64,000 nucleotides of DNA. Source: Mobula hypostoma (lineage: Eukaryota). The stretch is from contig NC_086108.1 in NCBI RefSeq assembly GCF_963921235.1, positions 66,652,001 through 66,716,000 of the forward strand. The letters are read 5' to 3'. The position numbers were made by a program, and so were the translations under genes. Shown piece after piece: positions 12,600-26,300 of this stretch. Numbering within the stretch: position 1 is the first letter of the stretch; every line of letters begins with the position of its first letter. The notes beneath the pieces were generated by a model. It made no database searches, was not told the origin of the DNA, and saw only the letters and a list, made by a program, of their open reading frames with translations.

Positions 12600-12995
12600 T
12601 AACACAAATTCTACCATTCACTTTACACTAGACGCAATTTACGATGGCCATATCAACTCGCACTTACTTGGAATGTAGGAGTAAACCAGAGTACTTAGAG
12701 TCATGGAACACTGTAGCACAGAAGCTGGCACTTTGGACCATCTAGTCCATGCTAAATAATTAATCCGCCTAGTCCCATCAACTTGCACCTAGACCACAGC
12801 CCTCCATACCTCTCCCATCCGTGTACCTTATCCAAATTTCTTTTAAATGTTGACATCGAACCCAGATCCACCACTTCCACTGGAGGAAACACGCAGTGAC
12901 TTGAACAATATGCAAGCTTCACATAAAGAGGCCATGGGGTTAGGATTGAACCTGGGTTTCTGACAGGTAAGGCACTGCACTAAAGGCTACAGTAC
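12600..12995 (-). mobile_element. Degenerate V-SINE-like element interrupted by a CR1 3' tail (~12697-12882)
   Basis: 'ttggaatgtaggagtaaaccagagtac' and 'ggattgaacctggg' (reverse-strand V-domain and B-box) flank a segment similar to the CR1 3' end at 160-350. Confidence 0.55.
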
Positions 12996-13319
12996 TGTTC
13001 CTTCTCTCTTCTCCCAGAAGACACTATGTGCTCATCTTAATTAAGTCTCACAAAGTCCAGTCACTAACTTCAGTATGTGAGTCTTGAGGTCTGCGAACCA
13101 ACTAGCTACTTCTGCCATCACAAGCAATTCCTACTCTAGTCTCATCTTATGTCCCATCAACATCATTTTGCAGCAGAAACGATAAACATTAATAAAAGTT
13201 CCTAGATTCTCAAAATGTCTCAACAGATTAGAAAACACGTCTATTTGAGAATGGAGCGAGACAGAGAAAAGAGATGTATGGGCCAGTTAGTTCAAAATTC
13301 AGCTACTGGAAAATATTGG

Positions 13320-15850
13320 AATCCTTTATTAAGGAATTATTTCTCAGTACGTAGAAAAAAATCATGGTGGGGCAAAGTCTGAGAAGTAAATTTGTTGGAC
13401 AAATGGGTTTGTGTTAATCTATAAATAGCAGGGTAGATAAGGTGGAGCCAATAAAAACAATATGATTGAACTCCCAAAACAACCTATCAGGTAAAACATG
13501 ATAGGTTGCTGAACAAATAAAAGGGTCACAAGTATGTAAGTGACATCTTATGACAGATAAGCAGAGAGCAAGGATAAACAAGGTATAACCCTGGAGTGCC
13601 TTGGGCATTAATGTATTTTACAGTTTATAGTACTAACTCAGACCATAACTAAAGTGTCCAGAGTTGCTGATGATGCAAAAACAAGTGGGAGAGTACACGA
13701 TGAGAAGGACACAAATCTTCCCAGAGGGAGATAATGAGTTCCAGTAATGTGAGGGAAAAAAGACTGCAGATGGAAAATATTTTGGGTCTTTCCCACTTTG
13801 GTAGGAAAATTAATAGTATTTAAAAGTCTATTTTATAATGTGGTTGGAGAGATTGTGTCTCTTTAAATAAGGACCATGAAAAATTAACATACAACTCTAC
13901 CAAGTAATTAGGAAGGCAAATTAAATATTGGGCTTTATTACAGGAGAGATATAGTTGTAAGGTAGGGAAAGCTTCCTATGACATCAGGACTTTTGTATGG
14001 TCACAGTAATACAGCAAGGAAACAGGCTCCCTGTACCAATTATTGCATCCTTCCTGCAAGTCCTAATTGCCCAGATTCAGCCCATAACCATCCAAGCCCC
14101 TCACCTCCATGTTCTGATCCAAATGGTCCTTAAATTTACAATTGTATCCACCTTGACCCACTCCAGGTACTTGCTATCCTCTGTGTAAAGAACTTACATC
14201 TCAGATCTCTCTTAAAACTCTCCCCTCTTATCTCATACCTGTGTATTCTAGTTTTGGACTCCCCCAACTGGGGGGGGGGGGGCAAAACTACAACTGTCCA
14301 CCTTTCATGATTTTATAAACTTTGATGAGGTCACTTCTCATTCTCCAGCACTGCAGGGAATAAAGGTACAGAATGGGCAACCTTCTTCCTAAAACTCAAG
14401 CCCTTTAGGCAACATCCATGTAAATCTCTTCAGCACCCTTTCCGTCTTTACAATGCCTTCCCTATAACAGGGTGACCAAAGTTGTACCCAGCGCTTCAAG
14501 TGCAGTCTCACCAATTTCTTGTGCAACTGTAACATAATTCCCCCACTTTTAAACTTCATGCTCTGAGAGGTGAAGGCCAGCATGCTAAATACCTTCTTCT
14601 CCACCCTGTCTATTTGCAAGGCCAGCAGGAAAAACACCACCTTTAACATTCTGTGTGACTTAGGTGGCTACTTTCATGAGGAATACCGTGTGCAGTTAGC
14701 AGCTCATCAAGAATAATGTGCACATTTTTGACTCACATTTTCAGAATGCTATTTTACCTTGCATGTGGTCACCACACTGATTCCTAGAACAAGGGGTTTG
14801 TCATCTTTGGAAAGGTTGATCAGGGCCAAGAAGAATGAAAAGTGATCTCAAATGTAATGTACAAGATTCTGAGATGTTAGATGCCGTGCAGATATGTCTT
14901 CTTATAGGGGGTTCTAAAACTAGGGGCCAGTGTCTGATGAGAAGTGATTGGCCACTTAATGAGGAAAAAATTCTTCTCTAAGCATTATGAATTTTGGAAT
15001 TTTCTGCTCTAGAGAGCTAAAGATATTGAGTCATTAAGTATATTCTCAGCTGGAGATGAGGCGGCGCATAGGATGAAATTAGTTGCTTCAAAGTAACTAG
15101 TTGAGTGGTATTACAACAACAGCATAATAAATGATTTGAGGTTTAGTATGTCACCAAATACTCTTCAAAATTTCTAATGATATAAGGTGGAGAGCATTCT
15201 GACAGGTTGCATCACCTGGTATGAATGCTCCAATGCACAGGGTTGTTGTGTTAGCCAGCTCCATCAAAGCACAACCCTCCTCATCTTTGAGGAGACCTTC
15301 AAGAGACAGTGCCTTACTTAAAAGGGTGGTGTCCTTTGCTAAAGGCCCTCACCAAAACTGTCCCATGATTAGACTAGAGTTAAATCGGGGGTTGCTGGGT
15401 GGTGCAGCTCGAAGGGCTGGAATCTGCGCTGTATTTCTAAATGCATAAATAAAAATCCAAGACATGCCCTCTTCTTTTGATTACCATTAAGGAAGGAGGT
15501 ACAGGAGCCTGAAGACCCACACTCAATGATTCAGAAACAACTTCTTTCCTTCCACCGTCAGATTTCTAAATTGTCCCTGGACATTGCCTGGTTATTCCTT
15601 TTATTTGCACTATTTATTTTGTAATTGGTAGTAATTTTACGTCTTTGCTCTGAACTGCTGCTGCAAAATAAAATATCTGATGTCATATAATAAACCTGTT
15701 TCTGATTCAAAACTGAGTTAAGTAACTTTCTTTAAAAAACAGGAACTGAAAGTTATCAAGCACATTGTTCAGATCAGCCCTGATTTAAATGAATAGTGGC
15801 CTGCCATGAGGAGTTATTTGGCTTCCTATTTCTCAAGTTCTTATTCGATT
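13320..15850. mobile_element. Patchwork of old LINE fragments: CR1 (+), CR1 (-, ~13990-14620) and Rex1-like (+, ~15120-15710)
   Basis: ORF 14389..14649 (LVRLHLKRWVQLWSPCY) is CR1. 'gttgctgatgatgcaaaa' is a decayed FADD motif. 15130-15710 resembles the Rex1-like 3' region at 39840-40250. Confidence 0.6.
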
Positions 15851-16659
15851 TTATTCAATAAAAATATCATTCAAAGTATCATTAGCATATCTGAAACAGG
15901 GAGTTAATTGTTCGTTGAAAAATCAAAGATTAAAATATTCTTGCTGCCACAGGCTTTTAAGTCTACAGAAACCAGCAGAATAATGTTGACACTGAAATCT
16001 TTGAATCTTGTAGTATTCATTCATACGTACCACCCACACCATACAGAAAGCACTTCCTTACTAATTATACATTTTTAAAGGGAACTGTTGAACTTCAAAG
16101 TAAGTTATATACATGCAGCACAATTTCAAAAGACAGGTTTAAGTTGTGGTTTGGAATCTTTTTTGCTTAGGTCTAGCACTACAAATGCAATGCTTCAAAC
16201 TTGACATTTAATACCTCAATATAAATCATTCTTCAGACTGAGCTTCCTGAGAGTGTGGACAAGAATACAGCTGAACAGAACTTAATATACAGTAAAATTT
16301 TCAGTGTAAACAATGCTGATATTTTTGTCTGATTACAGAGCCATTAAAGTATATATGTGACCATATATAATAGAAATACTCTCACAATCATTCTAAAGTA
16401 TCTGAAAATACCACAGACTCTTCCACAACAATTCTCTGCAGTGTCACACAAAATGACAAATAGTGGAATTAGTGCGCACTTCAAATACTTTACAACACTG
16501 TCCCCGGTTTTATGGTGATCAGTATGCTACCGCTTGCTTGTGAAAAGACCTATCGAATGATTAAATTTGGTCATAAAAGATCTCTGTAATAAACATAGTT
16601 CTTGAAAAGGAAACTAAAGAGGCTCAGAATCTTGTTTTCCATTTATCATACTTGACTCA

Positions 16660-18112
16660 TCATCTTCCTCTGGCAGCTCATTCCACCTTTGCACTATTTT
16701 TGCTTGAAGAAGTGGACCCTCGGCTCCATTAAGTCCTCCCTCTCTCATCTTCAATCAATGCTCTCTAGTTTTTGGTTCCCTTCCGCAAGGGAAAAAGGCT
16801 CATGTGTATTCACTTTATCTATGCTCCTCATAATTTTATACATTTCTATGTCACCCCTCAAATCTCCTATGCTCCAAGGAATACAGTCCTAACACTATAA
16901 CATAGCCCTTTGAGTAGTGGCAAATGTCTGATTAATCTCCTTTGCAGTTTCTAGCTTTCCTATGTCTTTCCTATGACATGGAAACTAAAACTATACACAT
17001 TATTCCAGGTGCGGCCTCACCTACGTCTTCTATAATTACAGCATATTGTTTCAAATGTTATAATCAGTACCCTGACTGATGAAGGCTACTATGCCAAATG
17101 CCTTTTTTAAACCACTTTGTATGCAAGTGACACCACCTCCTGGGAAATACGCACTCTTCAATCTCCCTGTTGCACAACATTCCCCATGGCCTTACTCTTC
17201 ACTGTGAAAGTCCCAGTCTGGTCTGACTTCCCAAACTGCAACATCTCACGCTCATCAGCATTGTCTGCTAGTTTTCATTCCTTGGCCCACTTACCTAGCT
17301 GGCCACGATCTGCCTGTACATTTGATAATCTTCTTCCCTGTCTATGGTACCACTTAATTTAGTGACTTAATTTATGCATTCTCATCCAAGTTATTTATTA
17401 TATACGAGGGGTGATTGATAGGTTCATGGCCTAAAGTAGAAGGAGTCAATTTTAGAAAACCTAGCACATTTATTTTTCAACATAGTCTCCTCCTACATTT
17501 AGTCACTTAGTCCAGCGGTTGTGAAGCATACGGATCCCTTCTTTGCAGAAGTGGTCCCTAGCGGGGGTAATTGATAAGTTCGTGGCCTGAGGTAGAAGGA
17601 GATGAGTTATACAGCTCTCGTTACATGCACGTGCAGTTCAACTCTTTGAGTAATTATGCAGAAAGTTTGAAGTTAGTAACTCATCTCTTTCTACCTTAGG
17701 CCACGAATGTATCAATCACCCCTGCTGTGGACCACTTCTGGAAGTTCAAGAAGCTAACTTCTACAAAGTAGGGATCCGTATGCTCCACGATCGCTGGACT
17801 AAGTGTGTAAATGTAGGAAAAATAAATGTGCTAGGTTTTCTAAAATTGACTCCTTCTACCTTAGGCCACGAACTTATCAACTACCCCTCGTACAGTAAAT
17901 GATGAACAACAATGGTCCCAGCACCGTCCTTTGTGGTACACCACTAGTCACAGCCTCCAGTCTGAAAAACAACCTTCTATCATTATCTTTTGCTTCCTAC
18001 CATCAAGCTCACTGTGTATCCACTTCACCAGCTGTTCCCAGGCAATCTAATCTTCCAGACTAGCCTTCTATGTGGGATCTTGTCAAATGCCCTGCTGAAG
18101 TCCATATAGACA
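16660..18112 (-). mobile_element. Old CR1 fragment split by a mariner-type MITE
   Basis: Colinear similarity to 340-1345 (for example 'ccactagtcacagcctccagtctgaaaaacaacc' and 'ctgaagtccatatagaca'), interrupted at 17403-17892. Confidence 0.75.
17405..17890. mobile_element. Tc1/mariner-type MITE, almost entirely palindromic
   Basis: TA|CGAGGGGTGATTGATA...TATCAACTACCCCTCG|TA with TA TSDs at 17403-4 and 17891-2. Inverted arms of ~205 bp; no coding capacity. Confidence 0.88.
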
Positions 18113-19783
18113 AAGCAAACATGATTATCATTTTCAGTCAGCGTGGCCCCTGGTTTAGCATTAACTTAAATCATGAGAAAAGTTTCATTGAAAGTATGCT
18201 CACTAGGATATGATATTTTATAAGTTCTCCTCTCATCCACAAACCCTCAGGACACTTCAATGCACTAAAAATGGAATTACCAGCACAGATGCTTTGACAT
18301 GTGAGCCTGAGGCTACTGATGGCCTCAGTGTTTCAGGGCCTCTCACAGCAGAGGATGTGATTGGCTTGGTCCATATGTGGGTGGTATGTTACCTTCTGCA
18401 GACCTGTACTCTTTAATAGTGCTATAATCCTGACTTAAATCCCTTGAGACAGCATGTGAGCAGCATGACAGTGTACTTCTTAATCGCCCAGGTTGGGTTT
18501 GAACACTTCTTGAAGGGAGCAAGCCATTATAATGATTTCTTAAAACAAGGATGTTTCAATTTCATAATATCTTTGATGACCAAAAATGGGAATAATCTAA
18601 TTTCTAGGCATTAGTATCCGCATTTGTACTTGGTTCGCCTAACTGACAATGGCAAACAAGTGATCTGCTTTGAATAGCCAGTGACAAATGCAGTTTCAGA
18701 ACGTCTTCAGACTGCAGTAATTTAATATCCAGTTTTAAAATGCAAGTTGAAGAAAAGGCTTTTGTCTTGCAGTTTTGAAGGTTTCAATATTTAAAAGCCC
18801 TAATCTTCGGCTTATCTGCGGATGCAGAGCTACAACATTTCCTTTAGAATGTTTATGATGTCTCTGTGAGATATGCAACAGCGAAGTATTACCATGTAGA
18901 AGAGTTTAATTCAGTGAGGTACATCAGAGTGCCACTATGAATACTGTAATGCAGTTCCAGAAAATTTCTAAAATCCAGCATTGTTAGTTTTGGAAGAAAA
19001 ACATACAATAACAAAAAAGGTGTATATTTATCAGATCAAATTAATGTTGCACTGCAGTTGGGAAGATTCGTCTGCAAAATGTATTAGAAGCAGATCATTT
19101 TTTAAGAATTGATCCAAGGGCTTTGAGAGAAGAAAGAATATCAACAGTGAATTCATACAGTTCACTTTAGTTCATTATTAGTTAATTAATGCAAAAAGGA
19201 AGACATCCAAGGCAACACAGAGACCAGACAGGAACTACATAATTGATACATTTGTCAGAGGAGAGAATTATGAAAATACCTCAAAAGCCTCCTTGACGGG
19301 AGTAATGAAAAGAGGCATGCATAAAGTTAACTGGAACAGAGAAGTTTAATCTATAACACAGTTTCAAGTAAAACTATGACTGAGGCTCAAGGATATGAAA
19401 GAGAATTGAAAGTTCATGAAATATGTCAGAAAGCATTACTTCATATAAGAACCTGACTGATACGTGGATTATCCCCTAGTGGAAGAAAAATCTCAAGAAT
19501 TAGATGCTTCTTTGGGTAGTCATAGGTTTCTTTGGACTGGATACAGTTCTTAGCTAAACTTTAATTTTACGTTTTATGTTTACAAAAGTAACTTTCAACC
19601 TTAGTCCCAGAAGTTATTTTGTTTTGAATGTACAGTGGATACAATTGTACCAGATTAAAACTCTTTAGCACGCTAATCTGTTGTCCCAGCTTTACAAACT
19701 ATTGAGTTGTGTGCTTTGATGGGACATTTAAATTTTCTTGCTGAAACCAAGAATTATCATTTCCACAGGCAGTGACCATCCAT

Positions 19784-21272
19784 TCGGAATCAGAATGAGG
19801 TTTATTACCACCGGCATGTGTCATGAAATTTGTTAATAAATAAATAAATAAATAATAGTATTTGTATATTGAATAGATTAAAATCATGTAAAAATAGAAA
19901 TAATACATATTTAACAAGTGAGGTAGTGTACACAGGTTCAATGTCCATTTAGGAATCAGACGGCAGAGGGGAGGAAGCTGTTCCTGAATCACTGGGTGTG
20001 TGCCTTCAGGCTTCTGATGGTAACAGTGAGAAAAGGGCATGCCCTGGGTGCTGGAGGTCCTTAGTAATGAACGCTGCCTTTCTGAAACACCGCTCCCTGA
20101 AGATGTCCTGGGTACTTCATTGACTGATACCCAAGATGGAGCTGACTAGATTTACAACCCTCTGTAGCTTCTTTCAGTCCTGTGCAGTAGCCCCCGCCCC
20201 CCCCCCATACCAGATAGTGATGCAGCCTGTCAGAATGCTCTACACGGTAAAACTATAGAAGTTTTTGAGTGTATGTGTTAATATGCCAAGTATAGCCGCT
20301 GTCTTGCCTTCTTTATAACTACATCGACATGTTCGGACCAGGTTAGATCCTCAGAGACCTTGGCATCCAGGAATTTGAAACTGTTCACTCTCTCCACTTC
20401 TGATCCCTCTATGAGAATCCCTCTACATTCCTTCATCTTACCCTTCCCGAAATCCACAATCAGCTCTTCCATCTTACTGATGTTGAATGCCAGGTTGTTG
20501 CTGCGACACCACTCCGCTACTTGGCATATCTTGCCCCTGTACGCCCCCTCGTCTCCATCTGAGATTCTACCAACAATGGTTGTATCAGCAGAAAATTTAT
20601 AGATGGTATTTGAGCTATGCCTAGCCACACAGTCATGGGTTTAGAGGGAGTAGAACAATGGGCTAAGCACACACTCCTGAAGCGCACCAGTATTGATCAT
20701 CAGTGAGGAGAGGATGTTATCACCAATCTGCACAAATTGTGGTCTTCTGGTTAGGAAGTCAAGGATCCAATTGCAGAGCTAGGTACAAAGGCCCAGGTTC
20801 TGTATCTTATCAATCAGGATTGTTGGATTGATGGTGTAAAATGCTGAGCTATAGTTGATGAACAGCATCCTGACATAGGTGTTTGTATTGCCCAGGTGGT
20901 CTAAGGCTGTGTGAAGAGCCATTGAGATTGTGACTGCTATCCACCTTTTGTGGAAATAGGCAAATTGCAGTGGGTCCAGATCCTTGCTGAGGCAGGAGTT
21001 CAGTCTAGTCATGACTAACCTCTCAAAACTTTTCATCACTGTAGATGTGAGTGCAGCTGTATGATGGTCATTAAGGCAGCTCACATTATTCTTCTTAGGC
21101 ACTGGTATAATTGTTGCCTTTTTGAAGCAAGTGGGAACTTCTGCCTGTAGCAGTGAGAGGCTAAAAATGTTGTTGGATATTCCTGCCAGTTGGTTGGCAC
21201 AGTTTTTCAGAGCCTTACTCGGTACCCTGTTGGGTCCTTCCGCCTTGCGAGGGTTCACCCTCTTTAAAGACA
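19784..21272 (-). mobile_element. Rex1/Babar-like LINE, 5'-truncated RT and 3' UTR
   Basis: ORF 20779..21273 (RVNPRKAEGP, DPLQFAY, VRMLFINYSSAF) and ORF 20278..20628 (KFSADTTIVG, ELIVDF, KARQRLY). Confidence 0.9.
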
Positions 21273-21399
21273 CAAATATTTATGAAATAGTATGGCGTTT
21301 TGCAAAACATGGTAACATGAAAAGTCGTCCTTTTTTTAGATCCTCCAAAAAATATTTAAAAAGCACCCTAACAGAATTACAAAACAAAAAACACAAATT

Positions 21400-21880
21400 A
21401 ATTATGTGCACTTCGGGTGCACCATTTGCAGGAAGGATTTGGAGGCTTTGGAAAGGGTAGAGAAGAGGTTGTACGAACTTGGGTTGTTCTCTGAAGAATC
21501 GGAGGCTCAGGGGAGACCTGAAAGAGTGATGATATCATGAGAAGCATAAAGAGTCGACAGTCAAAATATTTTTTCCAGATTAGAATTGTCAGATACTCAC
21601 GGACTTGCATTTAAAGCTAGAGTGGAAAAGTTCAAAGAATATGAGCAGGGCAAGTTTTTTTTTCCACATACAGTGATAGATGCTTGGAATAAGTTGCCAG
21701 GTGGAAAGAGATATGATAGCGTTGTCTATGAGGCTTTTATATAGGGACATGAATATACAGGGAATTAGTTACGGATCATGTGCAGGGCAGGCAGTGAAGA
21801 ATAAGTTAAGTTAGGAATCCTGATTGGCACAGATATTGTGGGCCAAAGGGTTTGTTCTTGAGTTGTACATTTATATGTTC
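21400..21880 (+). mobile_element. Old CR1 3' fragment
   Basis: 'ggaggctcaggggagacctg', 'gatgcttggaataagttgcca', and the CR1 3' hairpin remnant 'gggccaaaggg'. Confidence 0.65.
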
Positions 21881-22404
21881 ACATTATACTAAATATCTTA
21901 ATGGGTTAGAAACAGTGATGGTCAAAAGTTGTTCATGAAGGCAAATTAAAGGAGAATCAAAAGTATATAATAGTCATGAGATTCTGATGATGCTGGATAT
22001 GCTGAAAAGTATGCAACATCAGACTTTGTGATAGAAACAGATGGACCACTGTTTACATGGACAATGAGCATTGACTTATCTGCCTATGCAAAATAATATG
22101 CTGATCTCTGAGATGTTCAATACTTCCAACAGCTCCCCAAGTGACTCTTACTCTATACAATTACCAAACAAACCAGTAAAGCTTTGGACCAATTCATCTA
22201 AATTTGCTAATGGTTAACAATGATAAATTTGAATTACTTCCATTTAACTTCTGTGGCCCCTGAAGAATCACTGAGTATGGCATCTCAATCCTTCTGATAC
22301 ACTTCAGAGGTGACCAGAGTTTCTACTGCAGAAGACCACAAAATGTCAAAGGGCAAGCACAATTGTAAATACATTTGACCTTCACTAATCTGACTACCTG
22401 TAAT

Positions 22405-22833
22405 TAGGTTCCTTCGATAATCCGGCACTGATTTCAAATTTTCCGTGCAACTGTAATTTCAAGTTTCCCGGGCCACTGTACCAATCTGCTGCGCATTGTT
22501 TGGTTGCGCTAGATCTGTTCATGTATTGGTGCGCTCTTGTAAGCACAGGCAGGCGATTCCTGCTTGCTTTCCTGCATTTATTATTATTATTTGCGTGAGG
22601 CACGACTGCCCACGCCCGCTTGTCTCACCCACCAGTGGCGAGGGAGCTGGCGCGTGCTGAGTTGGTCCGTCTTCTCGCCTGCCTGCTGGCAGTCACGCAT
22701 TGCCCTCCAGCGTCGCCCAGCCAGCGCTCCGTTCTCTTCTGCCTACAACCTCAGATCAGTCATGGCGACCTGCTGAATTTAAGCATATTACTAAGCAGAG
22801 GAAAAGAAATTAACAAAGATTCCCTCAGTAACT

Positions 22834-22870
<37 letters not shown>

Positions 22871-23391
22871 GCCGCCTGCAATGTGGCGTATAGAAGACCT
22901 CCTTTCTGCAACTTCTGCTTCTGCTCACCCAGATGTGCTGCCACCAACATCAACAGTTCTCGATCAACTTCAGCTGTTGTGCCGGTTTCAGCCCCAGTTC
23001 CTGATGCTTCACTCATTTTCCAAGATGAAGATGTTGATGATCCTGACAACCCCACACTTGCAGACAGGTAACTTTGCCTGAAGGTATACTAAATGTCTCA
23101 CTTTAGAAGCGGAAGTACTCAACTGTTCTGTATAAGTTAATTCCTGTACATTTACCTGTGCCCTTTATTTTATCTGTGCCTTTACAGTGTATTACTTTAT
23201 TAAAACTTCACTTGCTGCTCATTTAATATTTCTGTTTCATTATTATCTAACCTGTACTGACTTACATGATATTTTAGAGGTATGATGAGGCAGTGAGCTA
23301 TTGCTTAATGTGATCCTTCTGTAATTCAGCATTTTCACTAATCTGCCACTCCTCAGGTCCCAATAGTGCCGGATTATAGAAGGTCAACCTG
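22405..23391 (+). mobile_element. Tigger/pogo-like non-autonomous DNA transposon carrying an rDNA fragment
   Basis: Left end 'taggttccttcgataatccggcact' (22405-22429) is an imperfect inverse of the right end 'agtgccggattatagaaggtcaacctg' (23365-23391), which is followed by TA. An acidic peptide resembling a transposase tail (QDEDVDDPD) is encoded at ~23020-23050. Confidence 0.75.
22744..22899 (+). rRNA. 28S rRNA 5'-end pseudogene fragment, preceded by probable ITS2 3' end (~22600-22743)
   Basis: 'acctcagatcagtcatggcgacctgctgaatttaagcatattactaagcagaggaaaagaaattaac...gattccctcagtaactgcgagtgaagagggaagagcccagcgccgaatcccc...aatgtggcgta' matches the conserved eukaryotic LSU 5' end, with substitutions partly at CpG sites. 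The upstream ~140 bp is GC/CpG-rich, as expected for ITS2. Confidence 0.95.
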
Positions 23392-26300
23392 TAGTCACAA
23401 AAGCATCTGTGCTCGTCCGCTCATTGATTCAGTGAGGCCTTTCACCTAGCGAATGAATCCCAGTCCTAACTACTAGAAAATACAATTTATAATCAAGGAC
23501 CAAGTGAGAAGTAGTAGTTGAAATTAAAGCTATCAATGTCGATGAACAAGAACCTAGTGTTCAGCCAGACAGTTGATGAATGATATGCATAAACGTCAGG
23601 CCAATAAGCACACTTCTCAATCCAATTCTTTGTGGGTGAAATGACATCATTCATGCATGACTGACACGTCAATAGCTGTCATGTACATATGAGGGAGCTA
23701 CACCCAGAAGTTTCAAACAGGTATGAAGCTACTCAGGAGCGATTGCTCCTGTCATTCACTCAAGAAAAGCTGTATAAAGTTGTATTTATTAGTGTTATAC
23801 CATCAATTTCTTGGCATTTACTTCTAAGTACAAATAAATTATGTCCAAATGTTTTCAAAATTAATATTTCATTACCTAAATTAGTAGAAATAAGTAACTA
23901 TTGGATGAAAAGGCATGTGAGATTTTAAATTGCTGCTCACTGAAAGTAACATAAATGTCAGAGTGCAAGTGACTGCAGTATAAGAAGATATGAATATAAA
24001 AGTAACATGTTCAAACAAGGCTAGGCATTAGAAATAAGATATTAATTGATATTAATTGATGAAATGCATGCGGGTCCAAATAGATCAATTCCTCACTAAT
24101 TAACTCTTTGAGAAAGTATCTGGGGAATATTCCTTTACCTGGAGCTATGGAGTTGTCATAACTAAAATGCAGCTAGTTAACATTTGGTTATTTTAATCAA
24201 GGTTACATTGAATTTGTTTGCTTCATTGACATTGGATTAGGGAGAGAGGTTAAACAATGTGCTAAATAGAGGTTAAACAGAGTTCTCCTTAGAGAATAGA
24301 CGTATGAACACATTGAGGGTGTACTGCATAGGATTATGACTTTGATGCTTTCATAATTGAACTGCTTTTGCTAATGCAGATCAGAAACAGGTATGATGAT
24401 AATCAGTTTGACAATACTAATGGAACTGTATGGAAACCTTTATTAATCCTTTCCTAAGAGACTAGATATGGGAAGACATGATATACAAAAGTATTTAATT
24501 ATCATTTCTATAATGCTCAATGACTGATGAGTCATCATGCAAAACTTACTGATGGGCAACTCAGATGGGCCATACAGGCAGTAGCTGAAAACTGATCCAA
24601 TTCAATAGCTCTTGGTTCTGTCAAACAAAATCTTACCTCAATACTTTGAGAGGCTGAGACACATAGATTGATAGTAACTCACACCCACTAATCCATTGAG
24701 AGATTAAGTATATGACCTCTGATTTGCAGCATGGTTTTTCGAGTTCTTCCTGGTTAGACTTCCCTCACCACATCAATTTCAAAAGTGATGAAGAATGGGG
24801 AGACATCTGGATGGAAAGCACTCTCTGAAACAAAGAACTCATTCAAATCCCCAAGGCAGGCGTCCCTAAATTTCATCAGCCTGAAAGCACAATGGACAGC
24901 TCTGAACAGGATCTGAACAAGGCATGGGCATCATAGCCACTCAGAGCATATGTGACAAATTAAAGCTTTCCCTGCTGTGATCAAAGAATGGACCTCAGTA
25001 TCACGTCCTTCTGCCAGCACAATATCACTGGAAATAGTGAAATAAACTCTCTTTCTCAAATAGCCATATAATGGCCTACAAACTTAGAACTCAAGTTAGA
25101 TATGCTCTCTCTGTCACATTGCTGACCAGAATTATCATCAGAGATTATTTTATACATTTTCAGATGTTGTAATGTCCTAGAAGCAAAGTTAAAAAAAAAG
25201 CATCTTCCAATGCAATGTCTTCAGTATAAGGAGATGGTATTAATTGCACTGTGCCGTACAGTAATACACTCTTCAGGATAAAGTGAAAGTCAAGAAGCAG
25301 CTATTATCCACAATACTTAATGAAAAGACTAGTAACTCATTGCAGGTACACTTATCTACTTTTGGTTGATAAACGTGTCTGAAAATCAAAAGTATTTTAT
25401 ATTGTCTCTCTTGTCAAATCTTCGTGTTACTGCCTATTATTCCTCTGCTCTCAAATCAAGGGAAAAAAATGGCTATTTGCTCTCCATTCAAAGAACTCAA
25501 GTTTCCCTCCCTGTCCTTATAGATATTTAGAAAGAGGCTGTTTGGATTCCAATGCAAACTGAGATTTTACCCTGCAGTCATAGAGACAAGAGTATGTCTC
25601 CCTTTGATAGAAGTCGGAGCATAATTCAGTTGCTAGGAGGGCACAACCTTCAAATTCAGCCCGACAAAGACAACACATGAACACAAAGAACCATTTCAAG
25701 AGCTCTACAACTTAAACCAAACAAATCTCAAGAATGAAGGGATGACTATGACAGGTCTTAGCTCCATGGCATTGCCATAGTGATGAGTACACATGGTAAC
25801 AACTAAACATCCCCAAGATGGTTAAATCCAAAGGTTTTATATCTTACATAGCATATATTCATTATATCATGATGAAAAGTACTTAGGGCTGATTTATGCT
25901 ACTTTACTGGCTGAGTTGGTTAATGTAGTTTGTAACTGGTCAAAAAAATCTCATATCTGCTCTCTGCCAAGTTAGCTGTCAGTCGGGTGTGATAAGAGAA
26001 TTGCAGGAGGGCTAAAAGGACTTGTGCTCTCATTGATTACTATACAGTAATGCTCATTGTAAGTGTCTATTGGATGGGCATAGGATCACGCTTAGCAGCT
26101 GAATTGGCTATCAACACTTAAATGTGAAAAAATGGTTATTATGTCATTCAAAAAGTGAGCAGAAAAGTGATTTTAAAAAGTTCATATTGAGTTACAACGT
26201 GCTGATAATGCAGTCTTGGATTACGAGCAACAACATGTTATTTGACTCTTCATCCAGATATCATTACCTGGAATTTATTGAGAAATTAGTTTACTTACAC

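Noticed and set aside
14270..14282. Poly-G run
   Set aside because: Simple homopolymer inside a decayed CR1.
22744..22899. Functional rRNA gene or rDNA array
   Set aside because: Only ~155 bp of 28S, with substitutions in conserved positions, no 18S or 5.8S, and embedded in a transposon.
24639..24655. Possible 17-nt minus-strand microexon (cag|...|gtaaga)
   Set aside because: Too short to distinguish from chance, with a weak polypyrimidine tract.
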